Assembly: GCA_964410675.1 (NCBI GenBank)
Contig: CAYPIB010000001.1
Span: 14,454-78,453 of the forward strand
Source of the DNA: an uncultured Roseburia sp.
GTDB lineage: Bacteria > Bacillota > Clostridia > Lachnospirales > Lachnospiraceae
DNA length: 64,000 bases
Direction: 5' to 3'
Part shown: positions 55,710-64,000 of the stretch, piece after piece
Numbering within the stretch: the stretch's first letter is position 1
Layout: the number at the start of each line of letters is the position of its first letter
Translations under genes and position numbers: made by a program
Notes under the pieces: model-generated
The model's database searches: none
What the model saw: only the letters and a program-made list of their open reading frames with translations
What the model was told of the DNA's origin: nothing

Positions 55710-56879
55710 TTACATTGCTTTATAAACACCGTTTTCAATAATAACTGCTTTAGGTGCTTTATTTGGTTCACCGTCAGCTGTCCATGTCATACCTTCACCG
55801 GTTAGGCCATTAACGGTAATTTCAACCATTGCAGTCTTTAAAGCATCACATATATCGGATGCACTCATATCCGTTGTAATAGCTGCTTTTTCAGCTGCTG
55901 CTTTGATTGTATAAATAGCATCATAAGCATCCGCTGCAAATTGGTTTGGAACTTCATTAAAAGCTTTTTTGTAAGCCGTTACAAAACTCTGTGTTAATTC
56001 ATCCGGTGCATCTGCTGCAAATGGTGTTAACAGCATAACGCCTTCGGCTAAAGATAAATCAAACTTTTCAACCGTTAAAAGTCCGTCTAAGCCATCACAT
56101 CCGAAGAAATCCGGAGTAAAGCCCACTGCTTTTGCCTGCGCTAAAATTAAAGCTGCTTCATTGTAATAAATTGGCAGAAATACTAATTCCGCACCACTAT
56201 CCTTTGCCTTTTGAAGCTGCACGTTGAAATCCTTATTGCTGTCTGCTGTAAATGCTTCCGTACTAACTACTTCAATATTCTGATTTTTAGCCTCTTCTGC
56301 AAATGTCTGATAAATACCACTGGAATAGACCGAAGAACTATCATAAATAACCGCAACCTTAGTTGCTAAATTATGCTCACCGATATACTGCGCTGATGCT
56401 TTCCCTTGATTTGGATCCGCAAAACAAATACGAAAGGCATTGTCATGCTGTATACATTCAACTGCTGAACCTGATGGTGTCAGCTGGAATATATTATCCT
56501 GTGATGATTTTTCAACAACTGCGATACAAGGTGTACTTGTTACGGTACCCATAAGCATCTGCATGTTCCAGTCCTTAAGTGTATTATATGCATTTACGGA
56601 CTTCTCAGCATCACTTTCATCATCCTGATAATTAAACACTAATTGCTCGCCATTCACACCGCCTGCCGCATTGATTTCATCTACTGCAAGCTGAGCACCA
56701 TTTTTAACTGCAATACCATAAATTGCGTTATCGCCCGTTGTTGGTCCAATACCGCCAATCTTAAAACCATCTCCGCTATTTGTGCCGCCGTCTGCTTCAG
56801 ATGTTTTATTTTGGCATCCAGTCAATAACGCGGCCGCCAAAGAAACACAGAGCAACACCCCGATTAATCTCTTTTTCAT
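55710..56879 (-). CDS. Branched-chain amino-acid ABC transporter substrate-binding lipoprotein (LivJ/K-like)
   Basis: Lipobox LLTGCQN. The Peripla_BP_6-like pattern includes IGGIGPTTGDNAIYG and AVDEINAAGGVNG. Confidence 0.9.
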   Translation of the reverse strand: MKKRLIGVLLCVSLAAALLTGCQNKTSEADGGTNSGDGFKIGGIGPTTGDNAIYGIAVKNGAQLAVDEINAAGGVNGEQLVFNYQDDESDAEKSVNAYNTLKDWNMQMLMGTVTSTPCIAVVEKSSQDNIFQLTPSGSAVECIQHDNAFRICFADPNQGKASAQYIGEHNLATKVAVIYDSSSVYSSGIYQTFAEEAKNQNIEVVSTEAFTADSNKDFNVQLQKAKDSGAELVFLPIYYNEAALILAQAKAVGFTPDFFGCDGLDGLLTVEKFDLSLAEGVMLLTPFAADAPDELTQSFVTAYKKAFNEVPNQFAADAYDAIYTIKAAAEKAAITTDMSASDICDALKTAMVEITVNGLTGEGMTWTADGEPNKAPKAVIIENGVYKAM

Positions 56880-56961
56880 AAAATTCTCCTCCTAAATAAA
56901 AAGTTCTCATTGAGTTTTTATAGAAGTCATCATAAAATAAATAAAAATTTTTGTCAATGGT

Positions 56962-57552
56962 TTACCATTTCGCCCGAAACATTTGGTATGACTCTTTTAC
57001 TTTTTCTTTGTAGTTTTTTACATTAATATCAAGTGCCCGGAATAAGTGAAATGTAAAGTCAATTGCATAACATAACATAATAACATTGCATGCAATAATT
57101 CCGATCTTTGTCGGTATATTGTCTACAGCGTTTAATAGTGCCTTATGTAAGAAATTGACAATAATAACTGCATACAATCCCCATGCCACCGAACTCTCTA
57201 TACAGATAAGTCCTTTATAATTAAATGGTTTTTTACTATAATCCCACCATACATTTCCCAGCACCTTCGCCATAAGTATTCCAACTAAATACTCAAATAA
57301 CGTGGCTGCCAATGCCCCGGCTGCATAGAGTATAAATAAATGCTTTGACAAAGGATGTAAGATTAAATATCCTAATACTCCGCCAAACCCATAAATCGGG
57401 CAAATGGGACTGGCCGCAAATCCTCTGTTTGTTAATTTTTTATTGCAGATAGACATATAGGTAGATTCAACCAACCATCCAAGCATGCTATATACAATAA
57501 AGCACTGTACCAGTTGTAATACATCTGTTCCCAAAATCTCTTTTGTCCACAT
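56962..57552 (-). CDS. Membrane protein of the putative ABC-transporter type IV / DUF1113 family
   Basis: FIVYSMLGWLVESTYMSICNKKLTNRGFAASPICPIYGFGG is typical of that family (from memory). The ATG at 57552 follows GGAGAGTGGAG. Confidence 0.65.
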   Translation of the reverse strand: MWTKEILGTDVLQLVQCFIVYSMLGWLVESTYMSICNKKLTNRGFAASPICPIYGFGGVLGYLILHPLSKHLFILYAAGALAATLFEYLVGILMAKVLGNVWWDYSKKPFNYKGLICIESSVAWGLYAVIIVNFLHKALLNAVDNIPTKIGIIACNVIMLCYAIDFTFHLFRALDINVKNYKEKVKESYQMFRAKW

Positions 57553-57618
57553 ATCTCCACTCTCCTGTCTTTTTCGCAAGTGTAAATATCTTATAATCAA
57601 TATATTAAATTATTTCTG

Positions 57619-57651
57619 CAAAAAGTCCTTGGACAGAGACGACCAAGGACT
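57619..57651 (-). terminator. Rho-independent terminator of rpsU
   Basis: AGTCCTTGG .. CCAAGGACT stem, followed on the minus strand by TTTTT. Confidence 0.85.
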
Positions 57652-57660
57652 TGTACTTTA

Positions 57661-57837
57661 CTAGTTAAATTTACGTTTTCTTGCTGCTTCAGATTTTTTC
57701 TTACGTCTTACACTTGGTTTTTCGTAATGTTCTCTTTTACGAATCTCTTGCTGAATACCAGCCTTAGCACAGCTTCTTTTAAAACGGCGTAAAGCGCTAT
57801 CTAAAGTCTCATTATCTTTTACGATTACATTTGACAT
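57661..57837 (-). CDS. rpsU: 30S ribosomal protein S21
   Basis: Not in the ORF track because it is 58 aa. My translation is [58 protein letters not shown] with a TAG stop. SD GGGAGGTTAGG. Confidence 0.93.
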   Translation of the reverse strand: MSNVIVKDNETLDSALRRFKRSCAKAGIQQEIRKREHYEKPSVRRKKKSEAARKRKFN

Positions 57838-57920
57838 AAATCCACACCTAACCTCCCTTCAGTCCCTTCAAGCAATACGACTGATTGGGTATTTTTTTCA
57901 CACTAACATGTGCAAATAAA

Positions 57921-57948
57921 ATTATAGCATAATATTCCTATTCGTCAA
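57921..57948 (-). promoter_or_regulatory. Sigma-A-type promoter of rpsU
   Basis: On the minus strand, TTGACG, a 16-nt spacer, then TATAAT, about 80 nt upstream of the rpsU ATG. Confidence 0.7.
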
Positions 57949-58058
57949 GTATTTTTTTGAAAATTGTCTTATTTTTCTAATTAAGATATGATAAAGTCCA
58001 ATAATCCCACAAAATTTTGTGTCACTCTCTTTCTAAAGCCACACTTGCTCATTATAAA

Positions 58059-60911
58059 TTAGTATAATAAACCTCCTTCTTCTCTTTTTGAAATAAGATC
58101 GGAGAGTGTTCGGTAAAGTTGGTAAGGATCAATCGGTTTTGCTAAATGTGCATTCATGCCTGCTGCCTTGCTCTTATCCATATCCTCCTCAAATGCATTC
58201 GCTGTCATTGCTATAATCGGGATAGTTTTTGCATCCTCATTACTCATATGACGAATATTTACTGTTGCCTGCAGTCCATCCATAATCGGCATACGGATAT
58301 CCATTAATATGGCATCATAATATCCCGGTGCTTTGCCCGTAAACATTTCAATTGCCCTTAATCCATTCTCGGCAGACTCAATTTTAAATCCTTTTTCTTC
58401 CAGCAGCATTGTTGCCACTTCAACATTAATTGGATGATCTTCTACGAGAAGAAGGCGTCTTCCGCTAAAATTAAACTCCTCATCAGCTTCTTCCAGCTCA
58501 GCAGTATTGTCCTTTTCGCTGAGAGCTTTTGAAAACGCAGATACTAATGTAGATTTCATCATCGGCTTAGAAATCAGTAAATTTACTCCGGCCTTTTTAG
58601 CTTCATGTTCAATTGCCATCCAATCATAAGCCGTTATAATGATAATCGTCACTTCTTCTCCAACAATCCTTCGAATACGCCTTGCCGTTTCAACTCCATC
58701 CATCTCAGGCATTTTCCAATCGATAAGAATCATATCAAAGTATTTCTTATCCTCCCACATCTGGCTTACACGTCTCACTGCTTTCTGCCCGCTGTCAACC
58801 CATTCTGCCGTAACACCCATTTCTTTTAGTGTTATAACTGCATTTTCACAAACAAGAATGTCGTCATCTACAACAAGTGTTTTTAAATTATCAAATACAT
58901 ACTGTTTCTTTTTACGCTTTTTCTGCATTTCAACGGTCGTGCCCAAATTCACGTCAATCGTAAATTCTGTGCCAACTCCCTTTATGGATCTGGCAACAAT
59001 TTGACCATTCATCATATCAACTACATTTTTAGCAATCGCAAGTCCCAAGCCGGTTCCGTTATATTGTGATGTTGTTCCGCTGCTCTCCTGCATAAAAGGA
59101 TCAAACATTTTTTGAATAAATTCTTCTTCAATGCCGATACCCGTGTCATTAATAATAAATCGCATTGTTACATCTTTTTCTCTTCTTGATTTTTCTTGTA
59201 CTGAAAAAGTGACTTTTCCCCCATCCTTCGTAAATTTAATTCCATTGGAGAGGATATTAATAAGTACCTGCTGCAGCTTCATCGCATCGCCGATATAATA
59301 ATCATCTATTGTTGGGTTTACAATACACTCAAACTCTATGTTTTTAGCCCTTGCCTGAGCAAAGCAAATCGAGTTAATCCCGTTTAAGAATTCATCCATT
59401 GCTATCTCGGCAGTATTTAAAAACATCTTGCCGCTTTCAATCCTGGACATATCTAAAATATCATTAATAAGCGATAATAAAAATCTTGATGAAATACCTA
59501 TCTTAGAAATACACTCTTCTATCTGCTCATCACTGCCAATTGCTTGGGCGGCAATCGTCGTCATACCGATAATCGCATTCAGAGGTGTCCTGATTTCGTG
59601 ACTCATTCGGGACAGGAAATCTGACTTTGCTGCATTTGCATGCTGCGCCGCTTTAAGTGCTGCTGCTAAAGCCTCTAATTGTTTCTGCTCCTGCTCGTAT
59701 ATCTTTGTAATATCAATTTTAAAGCAAATAAGATCTCTTTTATCGTTGTTTAAATATGTGAATTTCCAACGCTTCCGTTCCAGCTTTCCAGTATTTTCAT
59801 TTAAAACACTGAATGCGCACGAATGAGTCTCATTTCTTTCCAGTTCCTTAATAATTGTCTCAAGAGCCATCTTTTCTTTACATTCCGCTTTGTCTTCCGG
59901 AACGATCTGTTCTAATATTGAATGAAGAACACTACTTCCAAATTTACTTCCTACTTCAAATGGAGTATTTACATTTTCGTTATTAATACTTGCGATAATC
60001 TCATCATGCTCAATATTAATAATTGATATCGTATCAAAGTTTTGCTCCATTACACTATTCATAATAATTTCAGACATTTTCTCATCTGTTATATCCCGAA
60101 TATCAAACAAGCACATCATATTTCCTGTTATCGGATTATTCACAAACTTTTGGGTCGCCCGTAAGAAACGGCTGTTACTGCCATCAATCCTTCTTTCGTA
60201 ATCATAGGTATGGTACTGCACTCCTTGGTAACAAATATTTTTAATATTTTCCAGCTCAAATAACCGCTCAAATTCTTCCTTATATGCCGGTAAACAATCT
60301 TTTGACGCTTTTTTTATAACATCGCTATACTGACTTGGCAATTCTTCTGTAAATTTATATTCATAGCTTCTAGCCCAGTTTTCTACTTTTCCGGTATTTA
60401 CATTAACTAATATAGCAAGAAACGTTTTTGTATCATCAAATAAATAGTCAAATCCAATCTGCTGCTGATAACGGGCATGCAGCTCATTCATTGATGACAT
60501 ATTGCGATAAAGAAAGGTATCGTAATCACCGGTCAAATTGGAATCACTGTCAGTAATACGCGTAATATGGTGATAATACTTATCCGCACCTACTATTGTA
60601 TTAAACATAATTGGAACATAATCGCCGTATTTATTTAGAATAACGCCCTTTACTAAAACTGCTTCACTGCTCAATCGGTTCTTAAAAGCTTCTTTCACTG
60701 TATCTTTATATTCCGGCGGGATATTACTCCACAAGCTCTTGCCGATAAATCCCTTCATTTCTTCTAGTGTGTAATGAAGCATATGGGCAAGTGATTCATT
60801 AAAATCAGTAATTGTATTTGCCTCATCCTTTTCACATACAACGAGACTACTTGTCATAACGCTCGTCTGAGGGATAATATTTTTATTCAACTCTTTTGTT
60901 GTATGTACCAT
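58059..60911 (-). CDS. Soluble hybrid sensor histidine kinase (PAS repeats, HisKA, HATPase, two receiver domains)
   Basis: H-box SHEIRTPLNAIIGM, NGIKFT, DTGIGI, GTGLGLAI. Receivers with ILIDWKMPEMDG and ILMDIRMPIMDG. No obvious TM segment. The ATG at 60911 follows TAGGAGG. Confidence 0.92.
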   Translation of the reverse strand: MVHTTKELNKNIIPQTSVMTSSLVVCEKDEANTITDFNESLAHMLHYTLEEMKGFIGKSLWSNIPPEYKDTVKEAFKNRLSSEAVLVKGVILNKYGDYVPIMFNTIVGADKYYHHITRITDSDSNLTGDYDTFLYRNMSSMNELHARYQQQIGFDYLFDDTKTFLAILVNVNTGKVENWARSYEYKFTEELPSQYSDVIKKASKDCLPAYKEEFERLFELENIKNICYQGVQYHTYDYERRIDGSNSRFLRATQKFVNNPITGNMMCLFDIRDITDEKMSEIIMNSVMEQNFDTISIINIEHDEIIASINNENVNTPFEVGSKFGSSVLHSILEQIVPEDKAECKEKMALETIIKELERNETHSCAFSVLNENTGKLERKRWKFTYLNNDKRDLICFKIDITKIYEQEQKQLEALAAALKAAQHANAAKSDFLSRMSHEIRTPLNAIIGMTTIAAQAIGSDEQIEECISKIGISSRFLLSLINDILDMSRIESGKMFLNTAEIAMDEFLNGINSICFAQARAKNIEFECIVNPTIDDYYIGDAMKLQQVLINILSNGIKFTKDGGKVTFSVQEKSRREKDVTMRFIINDTGIGIEEEFIQKMFDPFMQESSGTTSQYNGTGLGLAIAKNVVDMMNGQIVARSIKGVGTEFTIDVNLGTTVEMQKKRKKKQYVFDNLKTLVVDDDILVCENAVITLKEMGVTAEWVDSGQKAVRRVSQMWEDKKYFDMILIDWKMPEMDGVETARRIRRIVGEEVTIIIITAYDWMAIEHEAKKAGVNLLISKPMMKSTLVSAFSKALSEKDNTAELEEADEEFNFSGRRLLLVEDHPINVEVATMLLEEKGFKIESAENGLRAIEMFTGKAPGYYDAILMDIRMPIMDGLQATVNIRHMSNEDAKTIPIIAMTANAFEEDMDKSKAAGMNAHLAKPIDPYQLYRTLSDLISKREEGGLLY

Positions 60912-61090
60912 TTTTAAGCCTCCTACCAAATATTTTGTTGTAGTGCCTTAAATACTTTTTTATATTATTAATATTATAATCTATATTGTAATAATTATCA
61001 ATTTCATTGTCGATAAAAGTCGAAAAAAAGACAGTTCTCTTGTATAAAAATACCATAGTCTCTCTCGTCGGAATACTGTGGCACTTTTTA

Positions 61091-61270
61091 TTAGTATTTT
61101 ATTACAATATTATATTGAATTGCCTGCTGGGCATAGGAAAAATCATCATACCCGCTTAAAAATGCAATCTGCATGGTAGGACGTATTTCTCGCACTGCTC
61201 TGGCAAGCTCAATGCCCGACATAAAAGGCATCCGGACATCGGTCAATAAAAGATCCGGTTCCAGCTTTAT
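61091..61270 (-). pseudogene. Remnant of a response-regulator receiver domain (YesN/AraC-type RR fragment)
   Basis: Minus-strand translation [53 protein letters not shown] matches the middle of a receiver domain. There is an in-frame stop immediately upstream, no N-terminal beta1/acidic pocket, and no output domain. Confidence 0.75.
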
Positions 61271-61439
61271 TTATTTATATTAGGGGTACGAAAGTCGTTT
61301 CGTAATTGCACGCTAATTTATTAAAAATGGAAAAATATTGAAAGCTAATTTGAATTAGGTTATTTTGTCTTTTGCTATAATTAAACACTCCATTATAACA
61401 CCAGACTTTTTCCGTATGTTATCATAGCTTAATGAGGAG

Positions 61440-62189
61440 GTGTTTATCATTGAAACGTATAAAACGGCGCAAATAGCAAAAATAATAGGCGTACACCCCA
61501 ATACCGTTCGGCTCTACGAAGAATTAAAGCTTATCCCAAAGCCGGAGCGTGCGGAAAATGGCTATCGGGTTTTTAACGAATTGCATATAGAGATTATGGC
61601 GCTTGCCCGGATTGCTTTTCAAATTGAGGTTTTACAAAACGGTTTGCGAAAAAAGATTGTGGATATGGTTAAAGTCGCAGCCGCCGGTGATTTTGATACT
61701 GCCCTTGCTATAACGGACGAATACTTGTTACAGGTGCGCCGCGAACAGAAAAACGCCAAGGAAGCAGTCGAAATTGTAAAGCAAATCTTATTCGGCAAAT
61801 CTCTTTCAAGCCCCTTGCGTTTAAAAAGAAACGAAGCGGCAAAGTTTCTGAACATTTCAATGGACACCTTGCGTAATTGGGAATTGAATGGGTTGCTTAC
61901 AGTAAAGCGCATGGAAAACGGTTATCGGATATATACAAATGAGGATATTGACCGGCTGAAAATTATTCGTTCCTTGCGGTGTGCAAACTATTCATTAGAA
62001 GCGATATTGCACATGCTCTCGGTACTTTCGACAGACCCGGACGCGGATATTGAAAGGGTGTTGGATACCCCACAGCCAGACGAGGAAATTATTTCAGTCT
62101 ATGATAAACTGCTTACCTCTCTGAAATTGGCTGAAGGAAATGCAAAGACCATGCGTACCATGCTCCGCAATCTAAAAAGAAGATATTAA
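61440..62189 (+). CDS. MerR-family regulator with two tandem MerR-type HTH domains
   Basis: HTH 1 is YKTAQIAKIIGVHPNTVRLYEELKLIPKPERAENGYRVF. HTH 2 is LKRNEAAKFLNISMDTLRNWELNGLLTVKRMENGYRIYTNEDIDRLKIIRSLR. The start is uncertain: the GTG at 61440 abuts the SD GAGGAGG, and in-frame ATC/ATT codons at 61446/61449 have better spacing. Confidence 0.8.
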   Translation: MFIIETYKTAQIAKIIGVHPNTVRLYEELKLIPKPERAENGYRVFNELHIEIMALARIAFQIEVLQNGLRKKIVDMVKVAAAGDFDTALAITDEYLLQVRREQKNAKEAVEIVKQILFGKSLSSPLRLKRNEAAKFLNISMDTLRNWELNGLLTVKRMENGYRIYTNEDIDRLKIIRSLRCANYSLEAILHMLSVLSTDPDADIERVLDTPQPDEEIISVYDKLLTSLKLAEGNAKTMRTMLRNLKRRY

Positions 62190-62258
62190 AGTCTCCATTT
62201 TACCACCAACCTTTTCGTTGGTGGTATTCTTGTTTAATCAAGAAAAGGAGGTATTACT

Positions 62259-62978
62259 ATGGAGGAAGTAATCAAAGCCGCTCAGCTTACCAAATCCTAT
62301 GGAAAGCTGCTTGCGGTAGATAAGATAACCTTATCGGTCAAGCGAGGCACAGTGTTTGGGCTGCTTGGCGCAAATGGTGCGGGAAAAAGCACGACTATAG
62401 AATGTCTTTTGGGAACCAAAATGCCGGACAGCGGGACTGTATCCATTTTGGGAATGAACCCGAGCAAAGACAGAAAACAGTTATTTGAACATGTAGGCGT
62501 TCAGTTTCAGGAAGCCAATTATCAAGAGAAAATTACAGTGGGTGAGCTTTGCGAAGTCACAGCGTCACTTTACAAGACCACAGCGGATTATCTTACTTTA
62601 CTAAAGCAATTTGGGATTGAGAACAAAATTAAAAATCTTGTAAGCGAGCTTTCGGGCGGGGAACGCCAACGGCTCTTTATCGTTCTTGCCCTTATCCCTG
62701 ATCCCGAAGTTGTGTTTTTGGACGAGCTTACCACTGGGCTTGATGCAAGGGCAAGGCGGGATGTTTGGAAAAGCCTGTCCGAATTGAAATCACAGGGTTT
62801 GACGATTCTGCTGACCTCTCACTTTATGGACGAGGTGGATGTTTTGTGTGATGAAATATGTATTCTCAAACATGGGAAAATTGTATTTTACGGCACAGTA
62901 CGCGAAGCGATAGAAACAAGCCATTGCAAAAATTTTGAGGACGCTTATCTTTGGTATGCAGACGAGGAGGAAATATAA
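62259..62978 (+). CDS. ABC transporter ATP-binding protein (ABC-2 exporter type)
   Basis: Walker A GANGAGKST, signature LSGGERQRL, Walker B VFLDELTTGLD. SD AAGGAGG. Confidence 0.92.
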   Translation: MEEVIKAAQLTKSYGKLLAVDKITLSVKRGTVFGLLGANGAGKSTTIECLLGTKMPDSGTVSILGMNPSKDRKQLFEHVGVQFQEANYQEKITVGELCEVTASLYKTTADYLTLLKQFGIENKIKNLVSELSGGERQRLFIVLALIPDPEVVFLDELTTGLDARARRDVWKSLSELKSQGLTILLTSHFMDEVDVLCDEICILKHGKIVFYGTVREAIETSHCKNFEDAYLWYADEEEI

Positions 62979-62979
62979 T

Positions 62980-63723
62980 ATGAAGTCATTTGGTACAATG
63001 CTCAAAACAGAGTTGAAGCTTTCCTTGCGCGGTATGGATATGTTTATTTTCGCAATCTGTATGCCGCTTGTGGTATTGATTATTCTTGGGATTATCTATG
63101 GGAACAGTCCGGCATTCCCGGGGGCTGGCTACACCTTTTTGCAGCAGTCATTTGGTGCACTGGCTTCCATAGCGATATGCGCCGGGGGCATGATGGGCCT
63201 TCCCCTTGTCGTATCGGATTACAGGAGCAAAAAAGTATTGAAACGGTTTCAGGTAACACCGGTAAGTCCGGCCCGGATTTTAATGGTACAGGCAGCAATC
63301 TACACGCTTTATTCGCTTGTTTCCCTTGTCCTGCTTTATGTAGTTGCAAAGCTCTTTTTCGGATTTTCCTTTTCCGGTTCATGGCTTCACTTCATAGGCG
63401 GCTACGTTTTAGTCATGCTGTCGATTTTCAGTATCGGTATGATGGTAGGCGGGATTGCCCCCAACACCAAAATCGCCGGGGTAATCGCAAGCATTTTGTA
63501 TTTTCCCATGCTGATTTTTTCGGGCGCAACTTTGCCCTATGAGGTTATGCCGGCGGCGCTTCAAAAAGCAGCAGATGTTTTACCGTTGACACAGGGAATT
63601 AAATTGCTCAAATCCACGTCGCTCGGATTGCCAATAGGCGATATGATACTTCCGTTTATCGTAATGGCCGGTCTTGCTATTATTTGCCTTGGCATTTCTA
63701 TCAAGTTTTTCAAGTGGGAGTAG
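62980..63723 (+). CDS. ABC-2 family transporter permease
   Basis: Six TM helices. The ATG at 62980 lies 1 nt after the ATPase stop codon and is preceded by GAGGAGGAA. The track ORF from 62935 is an upstream extension. Confidence 0.85.
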   Translation: MKSFGTMLKTELKLSLRGMDMFIFAICMPLVVLIILGIIYGNSPAFPGAGYTFLQQSFGALASIAICAGGMMGLPLVVSDYRSKKVLKRFQVTPVSPARILMVQAAIYTLYSLVSLVLLYVVAKLFFGFSFSGSWLHFIGGYVLVMLSIFSIGMMVGGIAPNTKIAGVIASILYFPMLIFSGATLPYEVMPAALQKAADVLPLTQGIKLLKSTSLGLPIGDMILPFIVMAGLAIICLGISIKFFKWE

Positions 63724-63750
63724 TTTAATAGCCCCTCCCATTTTAAGCGG

Positions 63751-63788
63751 CACGGCGGTACAGTGATAGTATCGCCGTGTTGTTTTTA
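63751..63788 (+). terminator. Rho-independent terminator of the MerR/ABC module
   Basis: CACGGCG .. CGCCGTG stem, followed by TTGTTTTTA. Confidence 0.7.
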
Positions 63789-63825
63789 TATCCATTCATA
63801 CGTTTAATTTTCATAGTGGATTATT

Positions 63826-64000
63826 TTAAAAATTAATTTCTGTCAGCTTATTTATGTAGTCCTGCATCTTTTCATCAATCGAAGGTCCGTCCTCTTTAAA
63901 GGATACTTTAATTACATAATCCTTATATCGATGTACATAGATATTTGCCGTCTGTGCTGCAAAATCCTCCAGCTTCTCTTTTACGGGTTTTGAGGCATCA
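63826..64000 (-). CDS. 3' end of an unidentified gene that continues beyond the window
   Basis: The minus-strand frame is open from the window edge to a TAA at 63826-63828 (..ANIYVHRYKDYVIKVSFKEDGPSIDEKMQDYINKLTEINF). No family recognised. Confidence 0.4.
   Translation of the reverse strand, partial: DASKPVKEKLEDFAAQTANIYVHRYKDYVIKVSFKEDGPSIDEKMQDYINKLTEINF

Noticed and set aside
61287-61304. Palindrome TACGAAA-GTCG-TTTCGTA at the left island junction as a terminal inverted repeat or att site
   Set aside because: No matching sequence was found at the right-hand boundary (63790-63826). It could simply be a small hairpin.
1-64000. Searched by eye for CRISPR arrays, tRNA/rRNA genes, IS elements and toxin-antitoxin or defence-island signatures
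   Set aside because: No regularly spaced short repeats, no cloverleaf-like or rRNA-like conserved stretches, and no transposase, integrase or nuclease/helicase defence-type ORFs were found. The WYL regulator is paired with a GyrI-like protein rather than with defence genes.

Overview
Low-GC (about one third G+C by eye) chromosomal segment, Firmicutes/Clostridia-like and possibly Lachnospiraceae-like. It is densely coding, mostly on the minus strand. I found no rRNA, tRNA, CRISPR array, transposase, integrase or prophage block. Recognisable content in order: ptsI; an orphan kdpDE pair; an MBOAT/DHHW/DUF4358 surface O-acylation triad; a MoxR/DUF58/transglutaminase/acyltransferase-3 operon; a WYL regulator with a GyrI-like protein; an esterase; and an XRE/PLDc_N/CPBP module. 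Next comes a large carbohydrate locus: FGGY kinase, FucI-family isomerase, a split transketolase whose N subunit carries an extra N-terminal domain, a cytoplasmic GH3, an AraC regulator, a sugar ABC importer and YesL. Then follow a Cache/degenerate-GGDEF/EAL protein; an alanine:cation symporter; an ECF sigma/anti-sigma operon carrying a GH16-like protein and a DUF5131 protein; small TetR, PadR and detox-type genes; ppdK; a D-Ala-D-Ala carboxypeptidase; a liv-type branched-chain amino-acid ABC operon; rpsU; a soluble hybrid histidine kinase; and a GC-richer MerR plus ABC-2 exporter island next to a response-regulator gene remnant. Most noteworthy non-standard signals: (1) two copies of a ~250-nt repeat unit downstream of ptsI, each folding into a ~180-nt hairpin with one compensatory base-pair change between copies, bracketing a 77-aa orphan ORF; (2) a TTGCTA-core nonamer (exact ATATTGCTA at two promoters, 1-2 mismatches at the third) present as 21-bp-spaced direct repeats in exactly the three promoter regions of the carbohydrate locus, giving a putative AraC regulon; (3) the kinase/isomerase/split-transketolase logic with a domain-fused transketolase subunit, suggesting an uncharacterised sugar pathway; (4) the compositional island with a double-HTH MerR protein. 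All functional calls come from motif recognition by eye. No database search was run.
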